Of a stretch of DNA of 64,000 nt, positions 45,101 through 56,094 are shown one piece after another. Below the pieces are notes generated by a model. It searched no databases. It worked only from the letters and a program-made list of their open reading frames with translations, and was not told the DNA's origin. The DNA comes from an uncultured Haloferula sp. (GTDB lineage Bacteria; Verrucomicrobiota; Verrucomicrobiia; Verrucomicrobiales; Akkermansiaceae), in NCBI GenBank assembly GCA_965652295.1, contig CBFGTS010000003.1:32001-96000 (forward strand). Reading direction: 5' to 3'. A program made the translations under genes and the position numbers. Numbering within the stretch: position 1 is the first letter of the stretch; every line of letters starts with the position of its first letter.

Positions 45101-47131
45101 GCCACGCAGCATTCGTCCGCGGCGACCAGCGCCTACAACGAAATCGCCAGCGAGACCGCCTACTACAACACCACGCTGGCCTCCGGGAAATGGAACGAAA
45201 TGATGGACTGGAAGCCACGCGGACTGGCGGTCTTCAACATGCCGTCCCAGCCAACCGACCCCGGTGCGCAGTCGCTCGGACTGGGTGTGGCGGTCGAGGG
45301 CCGGCTGGAGCCGGTCTTCACCACTCCTTCGGACGGAACCTCGTCCAGCATGGAGCTTCATGCCGTGGATGATGCGGTTTCCATCCTCGCGCCGATGCAG
45401 GAGGCGACTCTGGACGGCCGCCGCTGCCTGTGGACTCCGGGAACCGGCGGTGCCGCCGCCGCTGGAGCCGGTGGACGGGCCAGCTATTCCTTCACCATCG
45501 CGGAAAGCGAAACCTACTCGATCCGCTTCGAGGTCCGCACGCCGACGGCCGACGACGACTCCTGGCATATCTCGCTCGATGGAGCCACGCCGGAAGTTTG
45601 GAACAACATCGGCATCGGCAACCCGGCTGGCTGGCGCTGGCTGACGTGGAAATCGGCGACGCTGACGGCCGGCACCCACACCCTTGTGGTCCACGAACGC
45701 GAGGACGGTGCCGCCTTCGCCGCGATCGAGATTTCAAATGCCTCCACGACGGCGGAAATGGGCGAGGACAAGCGTTTCAGCGATTTCCGCCTTCCCGAGT
45801 TCAACTCGATCACCCGCCGCGATTTCTTCATCGACCTCATCAATACCGAAGCTGGAGATCTCTCGTGGAGCGCGACGGCGGACGATCCATGGGTCGTGCT
45901 CTCCGCCACCTCCGGTTTGCTCGATACCGAGCAGCGGCTCACCGTTTCCATCGACTGGGACCAGCTTCCCGCCGACGAGTCCCTCACCTCCACGATCCAT
46001 GTGACGACGGGAGACGACACGGTGGAGATCCCCGTCACCGTCTGGAATCCGCCTTCACCGCCCGCCGTTGATTTCATCGAGGAAAATGGAGCCGTGGTCA
46101 TGGAAGCGGAACATCCCTCGGCGTCCCATGCGGGGACCGACGCCTCGTGGGTGGAGGTCCCGGATCTGGGCCGTGGAGACGGCGCGATGATCGTTCAGCC
46201 GACCACCGCCCCGAGCCTGACGACGCCCGCCGAGATCGTGGCCGACGCGCCTTCGCTGGAATTCTCGTTCCACCTCCGGACGCCCGGCACGCACTCGATC
46301 GAGGCGTTGTTCCTGCCCGCACTCTCACTGAACAACGACCGCGGCCGCCGCTATGCGGTCTCGGTGGACGGAGAAACGCCGACGATCGTCTCCCTGTCGT
46401 CCGAATCCGGCAGCGGCAACACCTGGTCGCGCTCCGTGGTGCGGTCGGCCATTTCAGGAAAATCCACCCATACGATGGCGAGTGAGGGGAACCACACCTT
46501 GAAGATTTGGATGGTTGATCCCGGCCTGGTCCTCGACCGCATCGCCGTTCTCACCAGCAGCACGCCCTATACCTACGGCGGCCTCCGTGAAACCGCGGTC
46601 GATACCACGGAAACCCTCTACGTGGCGGCAGGTGAAACCTACGTGCTGGATGGCGACAGCCGGACGTTCAAGCGGATCGTCAACCATGGGACGCTCGAAC
46701 TCCGGTCCTCGTCGCTCGTCGTGGAAGGCGAACTGATCAACTTCGGCACCCTGCGGGTGACCGGCGACTCCACGATCACGACCGGTGGCAACGTCTCGAA
46801 CTTCGGGATTCTGGATTCGATGTCGTGGCATCCGCGCGGCGTGGACGCTCTTCCCGACTATTCCGATTTCGGATCGATGATGGACAGCAGCTTCTTCCAC
46901 CTCGAAAGCCACTGGATGGCGGACGGACAGTTCCACCTCCAAGTGCCCGGATACGAGGGCCACCAGTATGCCTTGCTGCGGAATGAAACGCTGACCGCAT
47001 CCGGCTGGATGCCGGCAGGCCCGGCCAAGACCGGAAGCGGGGTTCACGGGAATCCGTCCCCCCTCACCTTCAACTGGCCGGCCGACAGTTCGCGGATGTT
47101 TTTCCGGGTGGAACTGGACGGTGACGAGTGA
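42107..47131 (+). CDS. Large secreted multidomain GH115 alpha-glucuronidase-like protein
   Basis: Passenger-like N-domain, DSDGDGL Ca-binding repeats, GSDRRGTAYG, RGIFINDEDWG, WPGMHP, GSSHAEPM, WPDDNHGY, GVYYHLSYWG, VGDIKP, MVDPGLVLDRI; ends RMFFRVE. Confidence 0.9.
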   Translation: MPIPAVIQPAGLLRILAFELLIGSVGAQVVQTVNSTGSATAWNGAIWGTPATTPTSGNGYATAAGLISPSATNLGTGTDVTGRVRAYDESPGFNGDALTLVSATELLLKGAGTTYTANLVLNGGILRFSPDAGGNVTLAGTLDVASDSVLGLVQSGISTLTIGSTLTGNGVLRLAAGQNNGNSLIFDDGAGLSLNGFEGTLEIGGGASAVVVGFNQPYDMSLAEVAMGSHSTADVLALNADITVKSFTFGASVVAPGTYSVATLNATYGSGSRFTGTGSLTVGEGDVDPGGDSDGDGLPNSFEDQIINADPHDAVDGYEDVAGPEDAPATTDFDKDGLSDADEFVLGTKPADPDSDMDGYGDAVEVAGATDPNSSMSMPPQVAGNPRSLPVLSADAVAGGFSLVTGGNAVPVVYDAADATVVEKAVLLYADDVEAVGGVRPAVLNSADGLSGPAVLVGTLGQSALIDGLVASEKLDVSGIRGSWESYRLARVIEPVPGITEALVVVGSDRRGTAYGLGAISEVMGVSPWTWWADVPPPVRPEIHLAGLPLDSMPPSVRFRGIFINDEDWGLQEWAEKNYESGPGEVKDIGPKTHAKIFELLLRLRANYCWPGMHPSTRAFHYYPDNKQVADDYAIVMGSSHAEPMLRNNVDEWDRFTDDNGYSDNWNYSQNKPVIYEYWDVRAQEAGPFENVYTIGKRGIHDSGMVEGSNNTDKAAWLNTIFADQRQILANRVNANPARVPQIFVPYKEVLSIYDTGLVNVPDDVTLVWPDDNHGYIRRLSNSAEQQRSGGGGVYYHLSYWGAPQDYLWLSTIPPSLIWEEMMKAYENDCHRLWVFNVGDIKPAEVNMEYALRLAWNVHSHGPDSQMKWLNEWATREFGAESAGAIASVMNDYYQLNHARKPEHMNWKDSDAGSSAPSGATSYPLFSQVHEGDELAHRLAEFDVLRERADLIFDAIPSDKRDAFYQLVVYPVRGSEAMNRKVLHTARAYRAVAQKRTTATQHSSAATSAYNEIASETAYYNTTLASGKWNEMMDWKPRGLAVFNMPSQPTDPGAQSLGLGVAVEGRLEPVFTTPSDGTSSSMELHAVDDAVSILAPMQEATLDGRRCLWTPGTGGAAAAGAGGRASYSFTIAESETYSIRFEVRTPTADDDSWHISLDGATPEVWNNIGIGNPAGWRWLTWKSATLTAGTHTLVVHEREDGAAFAAIEISNASTTAEMGEDKRFSDFRLPEFNSITRRDFFIDLINTEAGDLSWSATADDPWVVLSATSGLLDTEQRLTVSIDWDQLPADESLTSTIHVTTGDDTVEIPVTVWNPPSPPAVDFIEENGAVVMEAEHPSASHAGTDASWVEVPDLGRGDGAMIVQPTTAPSLTTPAEIVADAPSLEFSFHLRTPGTHSIEALFLPALSLNNDRGRRYAVSVDGETPTIVSLSSESGSGNTWSRSVVRSAISGKSTHTMASEGNHTLKIWMVDPGLVLDRIAVLTSSTPYTYGGLRETAVDTTETLYVAAGETYVLDGDSRTFKRIVNHGTLELRSSSLVVEGELINFGTLRVTGDSTITTGGNVSNFGILDSMSWHPRGVDALPDYSDFGSMMDSSFFHLESHWMADGQFHLQVPGYEGHQYALLRNETLTASGWMPAGPAKTGSGVHGNPSPLTFNWPADSSRMFFRVELDGDE

Positions 47132-47200
47132 GGGACGCTTCACCCGCCCTCCTGCTACCGTGAGCAAGCATCTGCCTCGCCGGGCGGCTTGAGAAACCGT

Positions 47201-47230
47201 GTCGGGATCTTTGCTCAAAATCCGCCCCTC
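47201..47230 (+). promoter_or_regulatory. Putative ECF promoter, copy 2
   Basis: GTCGG-GATCTTTGCTCAAAATC-CGCCCCTC (17-nt spacer). Confidence 0.72.
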
Positions 47231-47360
47231 GAATTGGGGGGTATGGCTTTTTGGTCGCCCTCTCCAGATCCGACAACGACGTCGGGAATCACCGAGATAT
47301 GCCGCCGGTGCCATCCGTGCCGGCGTCGAGCTTATTACAAACCCCAATACGAAAATCATC

Positions 47361-50126
47361 GTGGACAACCGACACCCGATTCATCTCAAGGGAGGCGTCG
47401 CCGCTTTCCTCACCACCGGTCTGCTGGCCTTCCCTGTGGCTCACGCCGCAGAGGTCGTCCAAACCGTGAACGACACCGGCACCGGCTGGAACAGCGCCCT
47501 CTGGGGTTCCCCTGCCGCGGCCCCCACGGCCGGAAACGGCTACGTGACGGCGGCCTTTGCACTCAATGACCCCAGCCGCCTGGGCACTCCCAATCTCACC
47601 GGCCGGATCCGCGCCATCACCGGCCAGGAAACTTTCACCGGCGATGCCCTCGACATCGTGCCCACCACGGAACTGCTGATCAAGAACGGGGGGACCTACA
47701 CCGCGAACATCACCCTGAATGGCGGCCTCATTCGCCATTCCCCCAATGCGGCGGCCGCCGCCACACTCACCGGCACGCTCCATGTCGCCGCAGATTCCGT
47801 TCTCGGTTCGGTGCAAAGCGGCACCCAGGTTTTCACCATCGCTTCCACCATCACCGGCAACAGCACGCTGCGCCTGGCAGGCGGGACCGCGGCCAACCAA
47901 ACGATCACCTTCGACGACGGCGCCGGAACGTCCCTCAGCGGCTTTGCCGGGACTCTGGATATCGGAGGCGGGCTGACCAATGCCGGAGCCGCCAACCTGG
48001 TCACGGTGGACTTCAACCAGCCCTATGACATGAGCGGCACCGCCGTCGTGATGGGTGGATACGCCACCGCCGACGTGCTCAATCTCGACGCGAACATCAC
48101 GGTCGAAAGTTTCACCTTCGCCGGGGCTCCGCTCGCAGGAGGCATCTACGATGTCGCGACGCTGAACGCGACCTTCGGCACCGGGACCCAATTCACCGGG
48201 ACCGGCACGCTGACGGTGACGGGTGCCATCGATTCCGATGACGACGGACTGCCCGACACGTGGGAAACGTCCTATGCCGGAAACCTGACCGATCTCGACG
48301 GCACGCTCCCCGCCGGCTCGGGGCCCGGTGCCGGGACCGGCGACTTCGACGGCGACGGCCTGAGCGACGCCGACGAACTGGCGGAATCCACGAGCCCGAT
48401 CGACCCGGACAGCGACGACGATGGACTGAACGATGGTCCGGAAATCGCTGGCACCGACAACAACGATGTCTCCCACGGCTTCGGCCCGACCGATCCGAAC
48501 CTGTTCGACAGCGATGGTGATGGGCTCGGCGACGGCGCGGAACTCGCAGGGACCGACAACGATGACGTCTCCCACGGCTTCGGTCCCACCGATCCGCTGT
48601 TCGCCGATAGTGACAACGATACGCTTGAAGACGGTGCCGAAGTGGCGGGAACCGACAACGATGGCTTCTCTCACGGCTTCGGTCCCACCAACCCCAACGA
48701 TGCCTTCAGCGACGACGACGATCTGCCGGACGACTGGGAGATCACCTTTTTTCTCAATCCGAACAGCTCCGCCGGAGACGACGGAAACGAGGGAGATCTG
48801 GATGCCGACGGACTGGACAACTTCGGCGAGTATGTCGCTTTCACCGATCCCGGGATTTCCGATACGGACGGTGACGGTTTGGAAGACGGGCCGGAAGTCA
48901 ATGGCACCCGGAATGACGGCACGGACCATGGATTCGGGCCGACCAATCCCCTGGCGATCGACACCGACGGTGACGGCTTCGATGACTGGTTCGAGCTTGA
49001 GCTGGCGACCGATCCGAATGACTCCAACAGCCTGCCCGGAACCGCCGCACCCATCGTCAACGGTGGCTTTGAAAGCCCGCCGGTGGCGGTCTCGACCGAG
49101 GCCGTCCCGGTCTCCAGCGGCACCGTGCCCGGTTGGACGGTGGTGACGAACGACTTCTACGTGACCGATTTTCTCCCCGCCGGTTTGGGTACCGGAAACC
49201 CGGGGGCTCCGAGCGAGGGTGCCCAGTTCGCGACCGCCGAGCGCCGCGCGCCCAATCCTCCTGTGGAGGCCGCATCGTTGGACGGAGGCACCGCCGCGAC
49301 CATGAGCATGCGCCAGGACATCGACATGTCCTCGCTCTCCACCGAAATTGATGCCGGCGCCCGCAGCCTGCTGTTGAGTTTCGATTTTTTCGACAACGAC
49401 GCGGCCGACGAGGGTGTCGTGACGATGCAGTTCCTTGATGGATCGAACAACGATCTGGGCCGGCGGGTCGTCTACCGCTCCCCCGCCACGACCAGCGCGG
49501 CCTGGCAGGCGGGCAATCTCACAGGCTATCCTCCCGTCGGAACCCGGACCGTCCGTTTGACTGTCGAAACGATCCTCGTCGGCGAAGGTTCGGCACGGAA
49601 CTTCGCGATCGATAACATGCGGGCCCGTTTGTTCCACTTCGACGCCGACAACGATGACATGCCCGACGACTGGGAGTTGGCGAACGGGCTCGACACGACC
49701 GTCGATGATTCCGGTGACCATTGGGATGGCGACACGCTGACCAATCTGGAGGAGTTTCAGAACGGCACCGATCCGAACTGGGAGGACACCGATGGAGATG
49801 GTCACAACGACGATGTGGAAATCGCGGCGGGCTCCGATCCACTGGACGCTTCGAGCATCCCGGGCGGGGCCTCCGCCGGTGTCAGTGTCGTCAGCACGGA
49901 CGTCACCACGAACGGCAGCGGTCAGGTCACCCAGGTCCAGATCACCTTCAGTGGCCTGGATACCAGCAAGAGCTACACCCTCCTGCGCGGCATCGACCTC
50001 GTCACCTTTCCGGACACCGTGGACACCCACCAGCCCTCTGCCGAAACAGAGGCATTCACCGACTCCTCGCCGGTGCCGCAGGCGACCTCCGGCAAGGCAT
50101 TCTACATCCTCGAAGAGACGCCATAA
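47361..50126 (+). CDS. Secreted acidic surface protein with TSP3-like Ca-binding repeats and a galactose-binding-like domain
   Basis: Signal peptide to AHA-A; N-domain paralogous to the 42107 protein; many DxDxDGLxD repeats; VNGGFE...GWTV...IDN domain; start chosen at GTG 47361. Confidence 0.85.
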   Translation: MDNRHPIHLKGGVAAFLTTGLLAFPVAHAAEVVQTVNDTGTGWNSALWGSPAAAPTAGNGYVTAAFALNDPSRLGTPNLTGRIRAITGQETFTGDALDIVPTTELLIKNGGTYTANITLNGGLIRHSPNAAAAATLTGTLHVAADSVLGSVQSGTQVFTIASTITGNSTLRLAGGTAANQTITFDDGAGTSLSGFAGTLDIGGGLTNAGAANLVTVDFNQPYDMSGTAVVMGGYATADVLNLDANITVESFTFAGAPLAGGIYDVATLNATFGTGTQFTGTGTLTVTGAIDSDDDGLPDTWETSYAGNLTDLDGTLPAGSGPGAGTGDFDGDGLSDADELAESTSPIDPDSDDDGLNDGPEIAGTDNNDVSHGFGPTDPNLFDSDGDGLGDGAELAGTDNDDVSHGFGPTDPLFADSDNDTLEDGAEVAGTDNDGFSHGFGPTNPNDAFSDDDDLPDDWEITFFLNPNSSAGDDGNEGDLDADGLDNFGEYVAFTDPGISDTDGDGLEDGPEVNGTRNDGTDHGFGPTNPLAIDTDGDGFDDWFELELATDPNDSNSLPGTAAPIVNGGFESPPVAVSTEAVPVSSGTVPGWTVVTNDFYVTDFLPAGLGTGNPGAPSEGAQFATAERRAPNPPVEAASLDGGTAATMSMRQDIDMSSLSTEIDAGARSLLLSFDFFDNDAADEGVVTMQFLDGSNNDLGRRVVYRSPATTSAAWQAGNLTGYPPVGTRTVRLTVETILVGEGSARNFAIDNMRARLFHFDADNDDMPDDWELANGLDTTVDDSGDHWDGDTLTNLEEFQNGTDPNWEDTDGDGHNDDVEIAAGSDPLDASSIPGGASAGVSVVSTDVTTNGSGQVTQVQITFSGLDTSKSYTLLRGIDLVTFPDTVDTHQPSAETEAFTDSSPVPQATSGKAFYILEETP
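48408..48704 (+). repeat. Three in-frame tandem 99-bp (33-aa) repeats
   Basis: DSDxDxLxDGxExAGTDNxxxSHGFGPTxP units starting 48408, 48507, 48606; a fourth related unit at ~48861. Confidence 0.85.
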
Positions 50127-50314
50127 GGTCTCGCGGCCGCAAGGTCTGTTGAATCCAGGGGCGGCTTCGGATTACCGGAGCCGCCCCGATTCTTTGGTCC
50201 AGGATTAGCCGACAAGAGGATCCCGGAAGGCTGGCACCTGCTGGCGGTTGCGAACACGATGCCCCGGCCGGGAGGCACGCCCGAAAGCGCAGCCCCACGG
50301 CCATCCGGCAGAAC

Positions 50315-50346
50315 AAAAACAACGCCACCCAAAAGGGTGGCGTTGT
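50315..50346 (-). terminator. Rho-independent terminator of the PEP-CTERM gene
   Basis: ACAACGCCACCC-AAAA-GGGTGGCGTTGT with A tract on the left (T tract on minus strand). Confidence 0.75.
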
Positions 50347-50393
50347 GGAAAATCGATCATCCGGGAACGCCGGCGGTCCCCGTCGAATGGAGA

Positions 50394-51272
50394 TCAGGCT
50401 CCGCGCCGACGGCGCAGCAGACCGAACATGCCGAGACCGCCGAAAAGGGCGACCGAGGCTTCAGGAACGGCGATGGCGGCAAAATGCGCACCTACCTGAC
50501 TTTCGGTAAGAACCGAATCGTACATCGAGAACTCGTCGATCGTGCCGGGAAAGAAGGAACCGACCGTCCCCCGGACGTTTCGCGCGCCGAGGGTGGGAGC
50601 GAAGCCGAAGTCCGCGAAATTGGTGGGAGCATCGCTATCCACATAGGTGATCGTTTGCGCGACACCGTCGACATACGCCGTGACCCGATTGACGGAATCA
50701 TAGGTCAAAACCAGTTGGTGGAAACCTCCGTCGAACAAGCTGGCGTTCGTGAAGGTGGCGCCAAGGTCGGTGCCAGCTTCGTTTCGGATGTAAAGGCGGA
50801 CGCCGTTGGTCAATGTGGCATTACCCACGCCATTTTCATTGAGAACAATATCGATGGCGGTGGTCGAACCGGTGTTGTAGGTGCCAAAGAGTCTTACGCG
50901 GGCATTCGACGTGGTGCTGAAAACGAACTCGTAGCTCGAACCGTCCAGAGACGATCCGAAGCTCGTGGCATTGGTGGTCGCAACATAGTCGTTGGTCCCG
51001 TCGAAGCCCACGGCGGTATCGCCAAGGATTGCAGCACCGGGCTGCCCGAGCGTCGGGCTGTTGGTGTAGGTGCCCGTCCGGCTGTTTCCCGATGTGTCGG
51101 TAGCGCTCGTGCCTGAGGATTCGCCCAGTCGGTAGTAAAGGTAGGGGTTGTCGGCGAGGACGGCGGTTTGGTAGGCCGTGGTCGCGGCGTGAGCCGCCGG
51201 CAGGGCCAGGAATCCGAGGGTGAGGGCGGTTACGGCACCTCCGAGGCCTCGTTTGTTGCGTGATTTGTCCAT
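50394..51272 (-). CDS. LamG-domain PEP-CTERM surface protein
   Basis: Signal peptide; YYRLGESSG, FDGTNDYV, HQLVLTYD, YVDG, GTIDEFSMY; C-terminal VPEASVALFGGLGMFGLLRRRR. Confidence 0.93.
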   Translation of the reverse strand: MDKSRNKRGLGGAVTALTLGFLALPAAHAATTAYQTAVLADNPYLYYRLGESSGTSATDTSGNSRTGTYTNSPTLGQPGAAILGDTAVGFDGTNDYVATTNATSFGSSLDGSSYEFVFSTTSNARVRLFGTYNTGSTTAIDIVLNENGVGNATLTNGVRLYIRNEAGTDLGATFTNASLFDGGFHQLVLTYDSVNRVTAYVDGVAQTITYVDSDAPTNFADFGFAPTLGARNVRGTVGSFFPGTIDEFSMYDSVLTESQVGAHFAAIAVPEASVALFGGLGMFGLLRRRRGA

Positions 51273-51400
51273 GATGGTTGTGTTGTTTTCAGGTTTGGGT
51301 TTTCGAGCTGGATCGCCCAGACGAGCTGAGGACGGCGACCGATCTCGATCTTCCGGGGGATCGGGAGACATGCTTCGGGGAAACAAGTCTCCTTCAACCT

Positions 51401-51430
51401 GAGGGGCGGATTTTCGCCCGAAATACCGAC
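51401..51430 (-). promoter_or_regulatory. Putative ECF promoter, copy 3
   Basis: Minus strand GTCGG-TATTTCGGGCGAAAATC-CGCCCCTC (17-nt spacer). Confidence 0.72.
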
Positions 51431-51626
51431 GGAGTTTTTTCCGAAAAACCCACGACCGGGGAAACGCGCCGTTGATGGAGGCTCAGGCGGCAGCCCGGAT
51501 CGAGATTCAGGTTGAAAACCCTGCGATCCATCTTCTTCATCCATGCGTGCCGGACGAAAGTTGCCGCGACATGCCACCTGAGAAGAGCATGGGGCGCTGG
51601 CATGAATCCGGTTGCGTTGCCCGTCC

Positions 51627-52192
51627 GTGAACGAAATCCGAAAAATCCTGGAATCCTCCACCCAGTCCAGCAGCCGGGCTTCGGCGGAACTGCTGCCTCT
51701 GGTCTACGATGAATTGCGGGCCTTGGCGGCAAGGCGTCTGAACGACGAGAAGGACCCGCAGAGCCTGCAGGCCACCGCGTTGGTTCACGAGGCATGGCTC
51801 TCGCTCGCAGGCGACGACGAACGGTCATGGGACAACCGCCGTCATTTTTTTCGAGCTGCGGCCAAGGCGATGCGCAACATCATGGTGGATCGGGCCCGGG
51901 CCAAGGACTGCCAGAAGCGGGGAAACCGACCGGAGATCGTCGACATCGAGAAGCTCGACATCGCGGATGCCTCCATCGATGAGCGGGTCCTGTTGGTGGA
52001 CGAAATGTTGACCCGGATGGAATCGACGGACCCCGAGAGCGTGCGGGTGACGACGCTCAAATTTTTCGGCGGTCTCACCAACCGGGAGATCGCGGAAATG
52101 GACGGCGTGACCGAAAGGACGGTCGAACGCAACTGGGCCTACGCGAGAGCAAAACTCCTTCGGATGATCCGCAAGGAAACCGCCGACGAGGA

Positions 52193-52196
<4 letters not shown>
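51627..52196 (+). CDS. ECF sigma factor, TIGR02999/ECF43-like
   Basis: LLPLVYDELRALA, LQATALVHEAWL, FFRAAAKAMRNIMVD, KRG, LKFFGGLT.REIA, TVERNWAYAR. Confidence 0.93.
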
Positions 52197-54430
<2,234 letters not shown>

Positions 54431-54444
54431 TCGTCATTTTTCCT

Positions 54445-54474
54445 GTCGGGAATCCGCCCGGATTTCCGCCCTTT
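54445..54474 (+). promoter_or_regulatory. Putative ECF promoter, copy 4
   Basis: GTCGG-GAATCCGCCCGGATTTC-CGCCCTTT (17-nt spacer), 15 nt after the kinase stop. Confidence 0.65.
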
Positions 54475-54479
54475 GAATG

Positions 54480-54619
54480 TGGAAGGTTCGAGCTCGAACC
54501 TCATCCTGTGTCTTCCCGCTGTGACTGCTGTTCGAACATCGTTTGGGTTTATCGATGGACGACAGGTTGCAACCGGCTCGCGGCTGGAGCGATTTGGGGT
54601 CGCTCCAGCCGCTTTCATT
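54480..54619 (+). ncRNA. Putative ECF-driven G-loop small RNA
   Basis: Between promoter copy 4 and hairpin GCGGCTGGAGCGA-TTTGGGG-TCGCTCCAGCCGC-TTTCATT; internal CATCG-TTTGGGTTTAT-CGATG hairpin; no convincing ORF. Confidence 0.5.
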
Positions 54620-54866
54620 CCGGCGGGTGAAGCCGGATCCCGCTGCCTTTTCCCCAGTCAGAGCCGGCAGGAAACGTTGCGCGTCGAAACTTCCACCGCC
54701 GTCCTCGCATTCGTCGTTAAGTTCGGAGGCCTCCGGGCTATTGTAGGTTGTTTGAACCCATGATGTCTCCGGTTTGCTCTCAGGTGCTCGTGTCACCCCC
54801 CGCCTTGGCTCGTGCCACGGCTCCATCGTCCGAGGTCCGGAGCAGAACCGCCACCCGTCGCCACTC

Positions 54867-55943
54867 ATGAGGCCCAACCCCGAACCGCGGCGCGTCAGCC
54901 TCCGCGACATCGGTCAGAGACTGGGCGTGAGTCACACCACCGTCTCGCTGGCGCTGAAGGATGATCTCCGGATCACCACCAGCGTGCGTCAGCTCGTGAA
55001 AGCCACCGCCGAGGAGATGGGCTACCGGCCGGATCCGATGCTGTCAGCGCTCGCCACCTACCGGCGGAACCGCAGCGGTCTCCCGATGAGTGCCGGCATC
55101 GCATGGATCAACGCGTGGCAGGATCCCGACGCCCTCCGGCGCTACCGGGAGTTCGACTGCTATTGGCGGGGTGCCGAAAGGGCGGCGGAAAAGTTCGGTT
55201 ACCGTCTTGAGGAATTCCGCGCCGGCGCGGATTGTTCGCCCGCCCGTCTCCACCAGATCCTGCACACCCGCGGTATCCGTGGCATCCTGCTCCCCCCTCA
55301 CAGCGATCCGCCGTCGTGGAAGAATTTTCCGTGGGAGCACTACTCGGTGGTCCGCTACGGCCGGTCCATGCCCCACCCGCCATTTCACGTCATCACGGCG
55401 GATCAGGTGCTCAACACGATGCTCGCCTTCCGGAAAATCCGCGAGCGCGGCTACGAAAGGATCGGCTTCGTCGACTGCCGCGAGGCGACCGTGAAGCCCG
55501 GTCACCTGTTCCTGGCCGGTTTCCTGAGCGCCCGGACGGCGTTGGATCAGACGATGAGGGTCCCGGTCCTCAACCTGAGCCTCACGCGAAATTCCGGACG
55601 CGCCGCGCAACTCGCGGCGTGGGTGAAGAAGCATCGAGTCGAGGCCATCCTTACGAGTTTCAACGAACTCCCCGCGATTCTGGCCAAAGCGGGACTCCGC
55701 GTGCCGGACGATGTCGCCCTGGCCGGCACCACCGTCCTCGACACTCCCATTTCAGCGGGCATCGACCAGCATCCGGAAGAAATCGGACGCGTCGGCTTCC
55801 TGCTTCTCCACTCCCTCATCAACGACCGCGACACCGGGATCCCCACGATCTACCGCCAGTCGCTGATCGAGGGCTCATGGGTGGATGGTGACTCGCTTCC
55901 CCATCGAACCCATGCTGGTCACGACGCGGCTTCGGCCGAGTAG
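54867..55943 (+). CDS. LacI-family transcriptional regulator
   Basis: SLRDIGQRLGVSHTTVSLALK, MGYRPDPMLSAL, GYERIGF, VPDDVAL. Confidence 0.92.
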   Translation: MRPNPEPRRVSLRDIGQRLGVSHTTVSLALKDDLRITTSVRQLVKATAEEMGYRPDPMLSALATYRRNRSGLPMSAGIAWINAWQDPDALRRYREFDCYWRGAERAAEKFGYRLEEFRAGADCSPARLHQILHTRGIRGILLPPHSDPPSWKNFPWEHYSVVRYGRSMPHPPFHVITADQVLNTMLAFRKIRERGYERIGFVDCREATVKPGHLFLAGFLSARTALDQTMRVPVLNLSLTRNSGRAAQLAAWVKKHRVEAILTSFNELPAILAKAGLRVPDDVALAGTTVLDTPISAGIDQHPEEIGRVGFLLLHSLINDRDTGIPTIYRQSLIEGSWVDGDSLPHRTHAGHDAASAE

Positions 55944-56094
55944 GCGGAATAGCCGCTGCGGTGGTAGGAACGAAGCCGGTAGCGCTTCACGGGGCAGGTG
56001 TCTCCTCGTCAGCGTCCGCTCCGCTGCGCAGGCCCCTCGAAGGGCATCATCTGCTTCTTCGATCGCCTTTGGAAAGGATCACCCGGCCGGACCT

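Noticed and set aside
48408..48704. Regular repeats as a possible CRISPR array
   Set aside because: In-frame coding repeats with synonymous variation, no unique spacers, no cas genes in the window
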